From Promethearchaeota archaeon (GTDB lineage: Archaea > Asgardarchaeota > Hermodarchaeia > Hermodarchaeales > Hermodarchaeaceae): a stretch of 32,000 nt of DNA. Shown here piece after piece: positions 8,601 through 17,182 of the stretch. The stretch spans positions 1 through 32,000 of the forward strand of contig JBHLMI010000003.1 of the NCBI GenBank assembly GCA_048938295.1, read 5' to 3'. Numbering within the stretch: position 1 is the stretch's first letter; the number at the start of each line of letters is the position of its first letter. The position numbers were made by a program, and so were the translations under genes. The notes below the pieces were generated by a model that worked only from the letters and a program-made list of their open reading frames with translations, was not told the origin of the DNA and made no database searches.

Positions 8601-8807
8601 ACCTGTGTGAAGCTGTTTCAATAAATTATTGCGTGTTTTTATTCGACTGGTGTTAATACTATAAAACGGTTCTTTCATCTAACTGGCTTTGTCAATTCAG
8701 AATGAAATTGATCTAAGGCAAAGTGAAATTCTCATTGTGGACTATAACTTGATTGGGCGTTGGTGTATTTCACCCAATAATTGAAACAAGACCTTATGCA
8801 CTACTAC

Positions 8808-9386
8808 TTATTTTCGGAGCGCTTGAACGAAGTAGATGAAGGCTAAAAGATAGACGATGATCAACCCTGCAAATCGTAGTTGAGTCCAAATTGGTAGTGG
8901 TGATTCGTACCCTAAGAACCCAATTATGAGATAGAGCACACTCCAAATCATGAAAATGATTCCAGTTATCGTCGCAATAATTCCAATTTCGTCACGTGTT
9001 ATCCAGATTGAGAAGCCAATCACTAGAAAAATAATCAGATAGAATATCCAAAAGATCCAACTTAGATAGAGATTTGCTGTAGCAGCGTCTAGAAAGGTTA
9101 GTAAGAGCGGAAACAGAATATTAAATTCTAGCAAAATTACGAGTAGTTGCAGAATAAGAAGTAATATCACGGCGATGAGAGGTATCTTTCTACCGGTTTC
9201 TCGGGAGATACCGATTATTGCAATGGCAACGAGAATGAGTGCAAGAATAGTAACCCACTCTAATATTGGAACGGATGGGACAGCGAATAGAAGCGAATAT
9301 AGATTAAATGCAAACACTATGACAACAAGAAGACTTCCAATCGCACCGAGTGCAAATAAAACATTGTTCGTAGAATCTTTTCCCAT
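8808..9386 (-). CDS. Multi-pass membrane protein (start placed at ATG 9386 rather than 9482)
   Basis: GAGGTGG RBS precedes ATG at 9386 (MGKDSTNN...); about 6 hydrophobic segments. Confidence 0.75.
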   Translation of the reverse strand: MGKDSTNNVLFALGAIGSLLVVIVFAFNLYSLLFAVPSVPILEWVTILALILVAIAIIGISRETGRKIPLIAVILLLILQLLVILLEFNILFPLLLTFLDAATANLYLSWIFWIFYLIIFLVIGFSIWITRDEIGIIATITGIIFMIWSVLYLIIGFLGYESPLPIWTQLRFAGLIIVYLLAFIYFVQALRK

Positions 9387-9524
9387 TGTATGCCACCTCG
9401 ACACAATTGTAATGGTCGAGAAAATATTATTGAATCGAACTCCTATAAAACGCTTTAAACAATATATACTCAAACCTAGCATAATTGTAAAGCACTTAGT
9501 GACACTAGCATAAGGAGAGGAGGT

Positions 9525-9875
9525 CTAGCCAAGACGAGGATGAAACATAACAACTTTGTTCTTCTCATCGACTCTCAATATCTGGCCCATATGACTCAAA
9601 TCAACCATTATGGTGTTATCGACATTTGGAATAGAGCCAGATCGTAGTTTAGGGGCCTTAGAGCTGGTTGGAATAAGCGCGAGATTGTGTTCGTTTGCAA
9701 GTTGGACCAGCTGTTGAATTTCTTGGCTAGTCTGGAGATATGCAATTAACTGGGGGCGTCTTCCATGGAAGATATTTTGGTTATTTGTAAACAAATCAAG
9801 AGCTTCTTCTTGGGTTGAGATGTTTTCCTGACCAACAATTTGTGTGATTTCTTCACTAAGATTTTTGGCAGGCAA
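9525..9875 (-). pseudogene. 3'-truncated FAD-binding oxidoreductase (FAD_binding_4 / VAO-PCMH family) N-terminal fragment
   Basis: IVGQENIS, P.LIAYLQT.QEIQQLVQLANEHNLALIP and IMVDLSHMGQIL.VDEKN; stops just where the EPGV motif is expected (FHPRLG*). AAGGAG RBS precedes TTG at 9875, giving about 116 aa of a normally much longer protein. Confidence 0.7.
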
Positions 9876-10000
9876 TAGGCAAATCTCCTTGAGTAAAGAG
9901 TTGCGTACACCTTGAGAGAACATATTAAGACTTGATGCTTCAACTATTGTATTCACTCAAAGTAGAAAGTCTATTGATTTCAGTCTCTGGGTGAGAAATT

Positions 10001-11710
10001 GTGCCTAAAATAATGCAGATTGCTTCCCTCGTCTCTCCGTTATTCCGATTAAAGAATTATCTAGGAAGAGCCATTGCTCAACCGATACGACGTCATTTCG
10101 CACCAAAGCCTTCTGATAAAACATATGAACTAGGCAAGTGGAACGATGAGGCAAATGTACAGACGAAGTATGGTTTAGTTCGTGGGTTTTCAGATAAGGG
10201 TACATGGTGTTGGAAAGGAATTCCCTATGGCACTCCTCCAGTGGGAGAATTAAGATGGAAGGCACCCCTTGATCCTATCCCTTGGCTCGGAACGCGCAAG
10301 ACAACTAGATTTGGTAACTCTGCAGCACAGGTTATGCCCATCATGGGTTCAACAGGTTCAGAGGATTGTCTTTACCTTAACATATGGCGTCCTAAAAGCT
10401 CGGAAACGGAACTACCGGTTTACTTGTATATTCATGGGGGAGGCAATTCCATTGGCTCATCAGCCACGCCAACCTACTACGGTAATACCGTGGCTGATAA
10501 ATCGAACTTGATGTATATTTCTGTCAATTACCGACTTGGTGCAATGGGTTGGTTCAAGCACCCTGCTGTGACGGGTTCTGGTTCTCCAGAGGATCAGAGT
10601 GGGAATTATGGAACCTTAGACTTGGTGAAGTCCTTAGAGTGGGTCAAGGAGAATATCAGAGCTTTTGGGGGCAACCCAAATAATGTCACAATTGCGGGTG
10701 AGTCTGGAGGCGCGTTCAATGTACTTTCACTCTTGGTGTCTCCCTCTGCAAAGGGACTATTCCATCGAGCCGTTGTTGAAAGTGGTATGACATCAATTTG
10801 TAGTATTGAGGAAGCAACAGCCCAGAGTGAACAACTTCTGGCTGCCCTTCTTATTAGTGATCGAAAAGTTGCGAATGAAGATGAGGCTGTAAGGTACATC
10901 AGCGAAATGCATGATGATGAGATTAATACCTATCTACGTTCGAAATCAGCCTTCACAATTACGAAGAACATTCCTACCATGGTTTTGGGAATGGTACAAT
11001 GGCGATCTATTATTGCTGATGGTATAGTTCTCCCTGCAGAGGGTTATAGTGTTTTTTCTTCTGGCGAATGGGCAAATATGGTGCCCGTGATTATAGGTTG
11101 CACAAAGGATGAAATGAAACTCTTTGGTCAATTTATGGAAGACCTTCCTCAGAGCTCCAGGATTTGGGAGTATCAGTCCATGCTCTGGCGTGCAAACGGC
11201 GTCCATAAACCAGCAGCCGAAATGACCTCTAAAAGCAAAATCCCTGTTTATGTTTACAGGTTTGACTGGGGAAGCCCTGATGAAAAAGGCGTGAGTGTCC
11301 TACCAAAAAACAAAGGTCACGAACTAGGGGCTTACCATGGCTCTGAATTGCCCTTCTTCTTGGGAACAAGTGGATCCGATTTTGCTTTTCTGATAGGAAA
11401 GATGCACACAAAAGAAAACCAGATCGGTCGTGAAAAACTGAAAGACTTGTGCATGAACTATCTGGCGAATTTTGCGAGAACAGGGAATCCTAATAACATT
11501 GACTTACCAAATTGGCCTACTTGGGATAGCACTGAAGGAAAAGTCAAGGTTCTTGTCCTTGATGCAGATTTCAACGAATTGAGACTTTCATACTCAAGTG
11601 AAAAAATCACAGTTCAAAATGTTCTAGCCCTCGTTAATTCTGAGCTCGAAGAACCCGAACGAGGACAGGTATTGACATTGCTCGAAAATTTCATTGCTTT
11701 TAGAAAATAG
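10001..11710 (+). CDS. Type-B carboxylesterase/lipase (para-nitrobenzyl esterase-like)
   Basis: WKGIPYG, LRWKAP, SEDCLYLNIW, HGGG, GESGG (Ser), GCTKDE (Glu) and HGSEL (His). Confidence 0.93.
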   Translation: MPKIMQIASLVSPLFRLKNYLGRAIAQPIRRHFAPKPSDKTYELGKWNDEANVQTKYGLVRGFSDKGTWCWKGIPYGTPPVGELRWKAPLDPIPWLGTRKTTRFGNSAAQVMPIMGSTGSEDCLYLNIWRPKSSETELPVYLYIHGGGNSIGSSATPTYYGNTVADKSNLMYISVNYRLGAMGWFKHPAVTGSGSPEDQSGNYGTLDLVKSLEWVKENIRAFGGNPNNVTIAGESGGAFNVLSLLVSPSAKGLFHRAVVESGMTSICSIEEATAQSEQLLAALLISDRKVANEDEAVRYISEMHDDEINTYLRSKSAFTITKNIPTMVLGMVQWRSIIADGIVLPAEGYSVFSSGEWANMVPVIIGCTKDEMKLFGQFMEDLPQSSRIWEYQSMLWRANGVHKPAAEMTSKSKIPVYVYRFDWGSPDEKGVSVLPKNKGHELGAYHGSELPFFLGTSGSDFAFLIGKMHTKENQIGREKLKDLCMNYLANFARTGNPNNIDLPNWPTWDSTEGKVKVLVLDADFNELRLSYSSEKITVQNVLALVNSELEEPERGQVLTLLENFIAFRK

Positions 11711-12029
11711 ATTAGCTTCAATTCTGTTCTTTTTTATTCAACCTATGCAATTTGCTTGATGCGGTTTGAGACACTCATACCGTATTTATTTTGTGCTAAT
11801 TCCCTGAATACGACTAACGGGCCTCTAATCATTTGATCTTGTATACATTATTACGTGTTTTTCCTTTTGTAGAAAGAGACAACTATGGTCCCAAACATTT
11901 CTTTAAAACCTTTAATTAACATGCTAGTGTTGAATGGGAAATATCACGTTGGAAACCCATATTTCTGATTGTGTACATCTGTAACATTTTAGGCAAAAAT
12001 CCATAAACACCGAATCATTTACAACTTGC

Positions 12030-12578
12030 ATGCAATTCTATCCTCAAGATGCGGCTGTTCCAAAAGAACTGCGAACGGAAGAATTCCATATACGTCCTCT
12101 TAGAGTGAGTGATGCAAAGATTGACTATGCAGCAGTGATGGATAGTAAATCCATGCTACGGATAATGAGTCAGAGTACATGGCCATCAGATGATTTTACC
12201 TTAGAGATGAATAGAAAAGACCTAGAGGAACATGAACAAGAACACGATGAACGCATTGCATTCACCTACACTGTTCTGGATCCCACCGAATGCATTAGCT
12301 TAGGGTGTGTTTATATCAGGAACTTGACGGAAGGTCCGATGAAAGGCGACCATGTGGCTCAGCTTCGTTTTTGGATCCGTCAGCCGTACTTAGATCAAGA
12401 TTTAGATAAACTGCTGTTGAAGCGCCTAATTGACTGGTTCAAAAACGACTGGGCCTTTTCACATGTTATCTTTAGTGTTGCTGATGAAGATAAAAGACAA
12501 ATTCAGCTTGCAACCGAGTTGGGTCTACACCTCGTCCATGCATACGGAAACCGATGGTCAGAATTTCTCATCAAATGA
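12030..12578 (+). CDS. GNAT-family (RimJ/RimL-like) acetyltransferase
   Basis: IRPL..SDA..DYAAVM, FTYTVLDP....LGCVYI and FWIRQ patterns. Confidence 0.7.
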   Translation: MQFYPQDAAVPKELRTEEFHIRPLRVSDAKIDYAAVMDSKSMLRIMSQSTWPSDDFTLEMNRKDLEEHEQEHDERIAFTYTVLDPTECISLGCVYIRNLTEGPMKGDHVAQLRFWIRQPYLDQDLDKLLLKRLIDWFKNDWAFSHVIFSVADEDKRQIQLATELGLHLVHAYGNRWSEFLIK

Positions 12579-12624
12579 CTCTACCTTGACATGCTCCAGT
12601 TGTAGAATCAGTAACAAGGATATA

Positions 12625-13284
12625 CTAAATTATTGAAGCAATCATTAGCCAGCCACCTAAGACTATTTCAAATATGAAAATTAACAGACCTCCAATAGTC
12701 CACAGGATTTTAAAGTCGGGTTTTAGAAGTTGTATCCCGTTGCCCAAGCCATAGAGAATGCTGGCCACAATTCCAAACCATCCAATAATTACTGGTACAA
12801 CACCATAAATTACGAAAAGGACCGAGTATGTGATCGTACCAATAGAGAACAAGATCTGTGCAATTCTGAAACTAGTATTTTTTGATTTGAGGATGTTAAG
12901 GCCTAAATCAATTAACTCGTTTTTTTCAACACCACTATTACCTGAGTATTGTCTTGCTATATTGAAAAGCCCCCAGTAATTTCTTTTATTATAAATTTGA
13001 ATCAAGCCTTCTCCTATTCGAAAGACTGTCCAAACCACTGCGAGTATTATGTTATAGGGACTAAAAGTAAAAAACAACAAGACAGCAAGTGCAATTATGC
13101 TACCATGCTCTATGAGGATTAATACGACGCTAATTTTGAATTTCTTTGGATCATTGTTAATCTGTTGTAGTTTAGTGTCTGCGTCCAAATCACTAAATGT
13201 TTCATAACCAAATCTTACACTTGCAAGGTTTGTAATTATAATCAACCAAAAGAAAAAACCGGATAAGAACATCTGAATAATCAT
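12625..13284 (-). CDS. DUF4386-like membrane protein
   Basis: 219 aa, hydrophobic; FRIGEG, P.IIGWFG and FE..LGGWL patterns. Confidence 0.6.
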   Translation of the reverse strand: MIIQMFLSGFFFWLIIITNLASVRFGYETFSDLDADTKLQQINNDPKKFKISVVLILIEHGSIIALAVLLFFTFSPYNIILAVVWTVFRIGEGLIQIYNKRNYWGLFNIARQYSGNSGVEKNELIDLGLNILKSKNTSFRIAQILFSIGTITYSVLFVIYGVVPVIIGWFGIVASILYGLGNGIQLLKPDFKILWTIGGLLIFIFEIVLGGWLMIASII

Positions 13285-13398
13285 AAAATCACATTTTTAG
13301 AAATAAACAGAACGCTAACTTGTTGCATTTTATTAGAATATAAGGCTTAACTTCTTGAACTGGGTATTAACAGAGGTTATTTGGTCATAGCATAATGC

Positions 13399-13431
13399 TT
13401 TTACTCACAAACCCAAGCCTTACTGAACTTT
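13399..13431 (+). repeat. Array repeat copy: core (13402-13411) + R1
   Basis: 33/33 identical to 1957-1989. Confidence 0.95.
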
Positions 13432-13648
13432 TCTTGTAAGTATGTAAAAACGATGCTAAAAATTGGAGAGGTTTATTCACCTGTTTTGTAATAATACGAA
13501 GTTTTGTATTTTCTTAATTTTCAGTCCTTTGCCAATCCTGAATGAAATCTTTCTCAGGAAAAGTGAAATACAATTTGTGAAAATGACTAACATGTGGTGC
13601 CTGTGTAATCTGTCCAATGATTGATATGAAACTTCGTGCTAATGCTGT

Positions 13649-13775
13649 TTAGCTTTGGAACGCTTTGAGGAAATAAACGAATGTAAAATTGATAGACGAT
13701 AACCAACCTTGCGAACCTTAGTCGAGTCAAAATTGAAGCTGGTAACACGATTACATAAGAGCTAATGAGAGGTCA
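13649..13775 (-). pseudogene. 3' remnant of a paralogue of the membrane-protein gene at 8808-9386
   Basis: 13691-13735 is 37/45 identical to 8849-8893. It translates ILTRLRFARLVIVY...(frameshift) TFVYFLKAFQS* versus IWTQLRFAGLIIVYLLAFIYFVQALRK*. Confidence 0.8.
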
Positions 13776-13799
13776 TACTGTGGGAACTATTATGTGAGG

Positions 13800-14618
13800 T
13801 TAACGGGGAAAGGCATAGGATTGGTAGTATTCAAGATTAACAATAATGCAATTAGTTATGGAAGATGCATAGTTAGCAAAGAATATTTGTCTACTCAGCA
13901 CTGTGTAATGAATGGGAACAAAATAACGGGGTTGGATAGTCTGCAACGCTTCCAGCACTTGATCACCACTATTGCAATCGATGCATAATAATGCGACATC
14001 AATTGTTCCTGTTAGCTGGGAGTACTCTCCGATATTTCTGGAATCGCCAGAATGGAAAATAGTGAATCCTCCAACATCAATGATATAACTAGTCCAATTG
14101 TTCTCTCGAGGATGCGTCGTTTGAATTGATTCCTCAGCAGGATAATAAGCATAGAAAGCGGTGACATTGATAGCCCCGAATTCTAACCCATCCCCGGGAT
14201 TGATACCAATTCCCTCATAAAGGGCAATCGCATCCGACATGCTCTCTGGAAACACATTTACTGTTCCCTCTTTTTGCAGCAAGTCAATGGAAGTGGTCTG
14301 ATAATGATCAAAATGAGGGTGGGTAATCAAAATCACATCAGCGGGTAATGCTTCAAAACTCTCAGGAAGATTATAGGGATCGATATAGATACGTAATCCA
14401 TAGGCTTCAATCTTCACCCCAGCAATGTCGAGTAGTTGAAACTGCACTGAATTTACATTCATCAACATTAACGCGGAGAGAGGGACAACCACCGCGATAA
14501 CAGCAATAACTCCGACACTAATAATGATCTTAGATCGTTTTTCTCGTACCATGGTTTTAGTTCTAATTTGGCTTACTATATCTACTTGGAATCCGGTCAG
14601 TTCGGATTCTCGCATCAT
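13800..14618 (-). CDS. Membrane-anchored MBL-fold metallohydrolase (UlaG-like); start is probably ATG at 14552
   Basis: IYIDP, ITHPHFDH (HxHxDH), FHSGD and PIHY; one N-terminal TM helix after MVREKRSK. Confidence 0.85.
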   Translation of the reverse strand: MMRESELTGFQVDIVSQIRTKTMVREKRSKIIISVGVIAVIAVVVPLSALMLMNVNSVQFQLLDIAGVKIEAYGLRIYIDPYNLPESFEALPADVILITHPHFDHYQTTSIDLLQKEGTVNVFPESMSDAIALYEGIGINPGDGLEFGAINVTAFYAYYPAEESIQTTHPRENNWTSYIIDVGGFTIFHSGDSRNIGEYSQLTGTIDVALLCIDCNSGDQVLEALQTIQPRYFVPIHYTVLSRQIFFANYASSITNCIIVNLEYYQSYAFPR

Positions 14619-14692
14619 ATCCTAAATTCTGGTAAAAAACCGGAACCGATTAGTTCGGGATAAGGATTGAGAAGGTATTTTCAACAACATAA

Positions 14693-14723
14693 TGGACATC
14701 CGATACCCTTTTACTCACAAAAT
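14693..14723 (+). repeat. Last array repeat copy: L1 + core (14712-14721) running directly into the htrA leader
   Basis: TGGACATCCGATACCCTTTTACTCACAAAAT is 27/31 identical to 230-260. I saw no further exact core in 14.8-32 kb. Confidence 0.88.
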
Positions 14724-14737
14724 GTGACTAATTCAGT

Positions 14738-15685
14738 ATGCCAATTCCCACACATCCTTTTCAACAAGAGCTCATTCAAGCTGTGAAACGTGTAACACCG
14801 AGCGTTGTTAGCGTGAGCACAGTCGCGCTCATGCGGGATTATTATCGGGTTCATCCGGTTGGAGGCATGGGTTCAGGTGTCGTCCTAGATGATCAGGGAC
14901 ATATCATTACGAATCGTCATGTGATTTCTCGGGCGCAACGGATCTTGGTTGCAGACACTAAGGGGGGTCGTCATGATGCAACGCTGCTTGGAGGGGATCA
15001 GCTGATTGATATTGCCGTGCTGAAAGTGGCTGATGGTGTGCTGCAACCAGCTGTGCTGGGCGATTCCGATGAGTTGGAAGTAGGGCAGCTGGCGATTGCA
15101 ATAGGGAATCCATATGGATTCATTCTCGGTGGCCCAACTGTGACTACAGGTGTGATTAGTGCGGTGCAACGCCAAATCCAAGCGAAAAACATCATTTTGG
15201 AGAAGCTGATTCAAACCGATGCCGCTATCAATCCTGGGAACAGTGGTGGCCCCTTATGTGATATTAACGGGCGCGTGGTGGGAATTAACACTGCGATGTT
15301 GCCCTTTGCGCAGGGAATCGGATTTGCTATTCCGATTAATACAGTGAAAGAGATTGCTGAAGAGATTATTGAGTTTGGTCATGTGCGCCGATCCTACATG
15401 GGGTTTTTCGGAGTAGGGGTAAATTCACAGATTGCTCGCACCTATAAGCTGGCAGTGACGGAGGGTGTGCTCGTGGCACAAGTGGTGGAGTCGAGTCCGG
15501 CATCGAGGGCTGGATTACGGGAAGGCGACATCATTACGGCCTTTGATGGGGAAAAGATTGCGACAATGGGAGAAATTCAGGAAAGGCTACGGAAACGCTC
15601 AATGGGTACGCGTATTGATGTGACCGTGGTCCGGGGTCGTAATCAGCGTGTGTTATCCCTTATTCTGGGTGAGGTTCCAGGATAA
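14738..15685 (+). CDS. htrA: HtrA/DegP-family trypsin-like serine protease with one PDZ domain and no signal peptide
   Basis: GSGVV, TNRHV (His), DIAVLKV (Asp), IQTDAAINPGNSGGPL (Ser) and PDZ V..SSPA.RAGL.EGDII. Confidence 0.93.
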   Translation: MPIPTHPFQQELIQAVKRVTPSVVSVSTVALMRDYYRVHPVGGMGSGVVLDDQGHIITNRHVISRAQRILVADTKGGRHDATLLGGDQLIDIAVLKVADGVLQPAVLGDSDELEVGQLAIAIGNPYGFILGGPTVTTGVISAVQRQIQAKNIILEKLIQTDAAINPGNSGGPLCDINGRVVGINTAMLPFAQGIGFAIPINTVKEIAEEIIEFGHVRRSYMGFFGVGVNSQIARTYKLAVTEGVLVAQVVESSPASRAGLREGDIITAFDGEKIATMGEIQERLRKRSMGTRIDVTVVRGRNQRVLSLILGEVPG

Positions 15686-16829
15686 CATCCTCGGCTTTCT
15701 CGTAGACTTGGGGAGTTGAGGGTTTCACTTCAACTTGGGATTCATAGCGTGTTATAGATATAATGAACAGCGATACTGCCAAGTAGATGATATAGAACAC
15801 AACCATCCCTGCATACATTGCCATGAGATTCGGGAAAAGGGTAAGTGTTAAACCTAGTTCAGTGAGGAACTGTAGGGTAATAAGTCCGCTAGCGATGAGC
15901 AGGTATCCGATGAAACCTGGTAAGATGGTGATTCGAGATTTAACCCGCATTGTCTCTACCCATTTGGGTGAAGGGTCGTGGAAGTACCAGATGAGAGCGA
16001 GGACCCCAACGATGATGCCAATGAGTATAAGCGCCATCAGAAGACTTGCATAGATTAGAAGGAGATTGAGATCGTCAAGACTGATGAGGATAAGTTCGGT
16101 GAAGGCGATGCCGTTAATGAACCCGTGGATAATCATCGGGTAGATGACATTTCGGGTGAATACGTACACAAAGCCAAGGAACAAGCCGGTGGTAAAGGTT
16201 GTGATGAAATGGGTTATAAAGAAGCCAAAACCGCCGTTAATCAGGTCATTGGGTACATGGATAAGGGCGAACCCGAGACTTGAAGTAATGACCGCGGCTG
16301 TTGGGCCCATTCCCCGAAGTTCGAGGGCGGGGATGAGCATCCGCCGAAAGATGAGTTCTTCATAGATCGCGGCCCCAAACACAGCAAAGGCAAACAAAAG
16401 GACTAGATTCCAGGGATTAGATAGGTGTTCAGGGCCGAGGATGAAGCCGGCGTATGAGCTATCAACTGGAATCCCTAAGTTGGTCAATAGGAAAAACAGG
16501 ACCAAGGCTAATCCCGTTGATACTGTCAACGCAAGGCAGGCAACGCCTAGGACCTTGACTGTGCGGGAAATGGTGGGCTTTTGGGTTTCAACTTGTTTTA
16601 GTTTGAAAAGTGGAATTAGGATTAGAAACGTGATGGTAATGCCAATAATTTGTCCTACGAGGTTAATTTGGACATTCGCCATGATTTGATCCGGTATAAG
16701 AACTGGGATGAAGTAATGAAGTAAAACAAGACTTAGTGCTCCAATCGAGAGGACAAGGATTCCGATCATGACTAAAATTGCGGGGCTGAGAAAGTTTAGT
16801 AAGCCTTCATCACGTTCAACGATTTCCAA
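15660..16829 (-). CDS. CPBP-family (CAAX protease/Abi) intramembrane metalloprotease
   Basis: EELIFRR, FALIH and HGFIN motifs in a polytopic membrane protein; 26-bp convergent overlap with htrA. Confidence 0.88.
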   Translation of the reverse strand: MEIVERDEGLLNFLSPAILVMIGILVLSIGALSLVLLHYFIPVLIPDQIMANVQINLVGQIIGITITFLILIPLFKLKQVETQKPTISRTVKVLGVACLALTVSTGLALVLFFLLTNLGIPVDSSYAGFILGPEHLSNPWNLVLLFAFAVFGAAIYEELIFRRMLIPALELRGMGPTAAVITSSLGFALIHVPNDLINGGFGFFITHFITTFTTGLFLGFVYVFTRNVIYPMIIHGFINGIAFTELILISLDDLNLLLIYASLLMALILIGIIVGVLALIWYFHDPSPKWVETMRVKSRITILPGFIGYLLIASGLITLQFLTELGLTLTLFPNLMAMYAGMVVFYIIYLAVSLFIISITRYESQVEVKPSTPQVYEKAEDVILEPHPE

Positions 16830-17136
16830 ATCAACTCACCTAGATACAGCAAATTGTGTTTCTGGCATAAAAGAGAAGCTGACGTTTAATTAATCTGCTC
16901 AAGGCCGTATCGCATCAGTCAATACAACCCTTGGTTTCACTATTATTTGAGTTGTATTTTCGAGTGAAGTTGGAGGAGCCCCCAAATAGAGATTGTCATC
17001 TATGGCCATAGACCTCAGAATATATCCAGATTATACAATAACCATTGTATTCTGCCAAAAAGTGTCACAATAACATGCTAAAGTGCCAATATCTGAGAAC
17101 TTATTCGCCGTTAAGCTGTAAATGTATGAAGTTTTG

Positions 17137-17170
17137 AAAAAAAGGAGCAGAGGACGCCTGAGAGGCGTCC
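17137..17170 (-). terminator. Hairpin + oligo-T terminator of the LVIVD gene
   Basis: GGACGCCT-GAG-AGGCGTCC (17152-17170), followed on the minus strand by a T7 run (plus-strand A at 17137-17143). Confidence 0.7.
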
Positions 17171-17182
17171 GGTTGAGGGGGA

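Noticed and set aside
230-14723. The repeat family as a CRISPR array
   Set aside because: Spacing is 0.5-5.7 kb with whole genes in between, not 25-50-bp spacers, and there are no cas genes.
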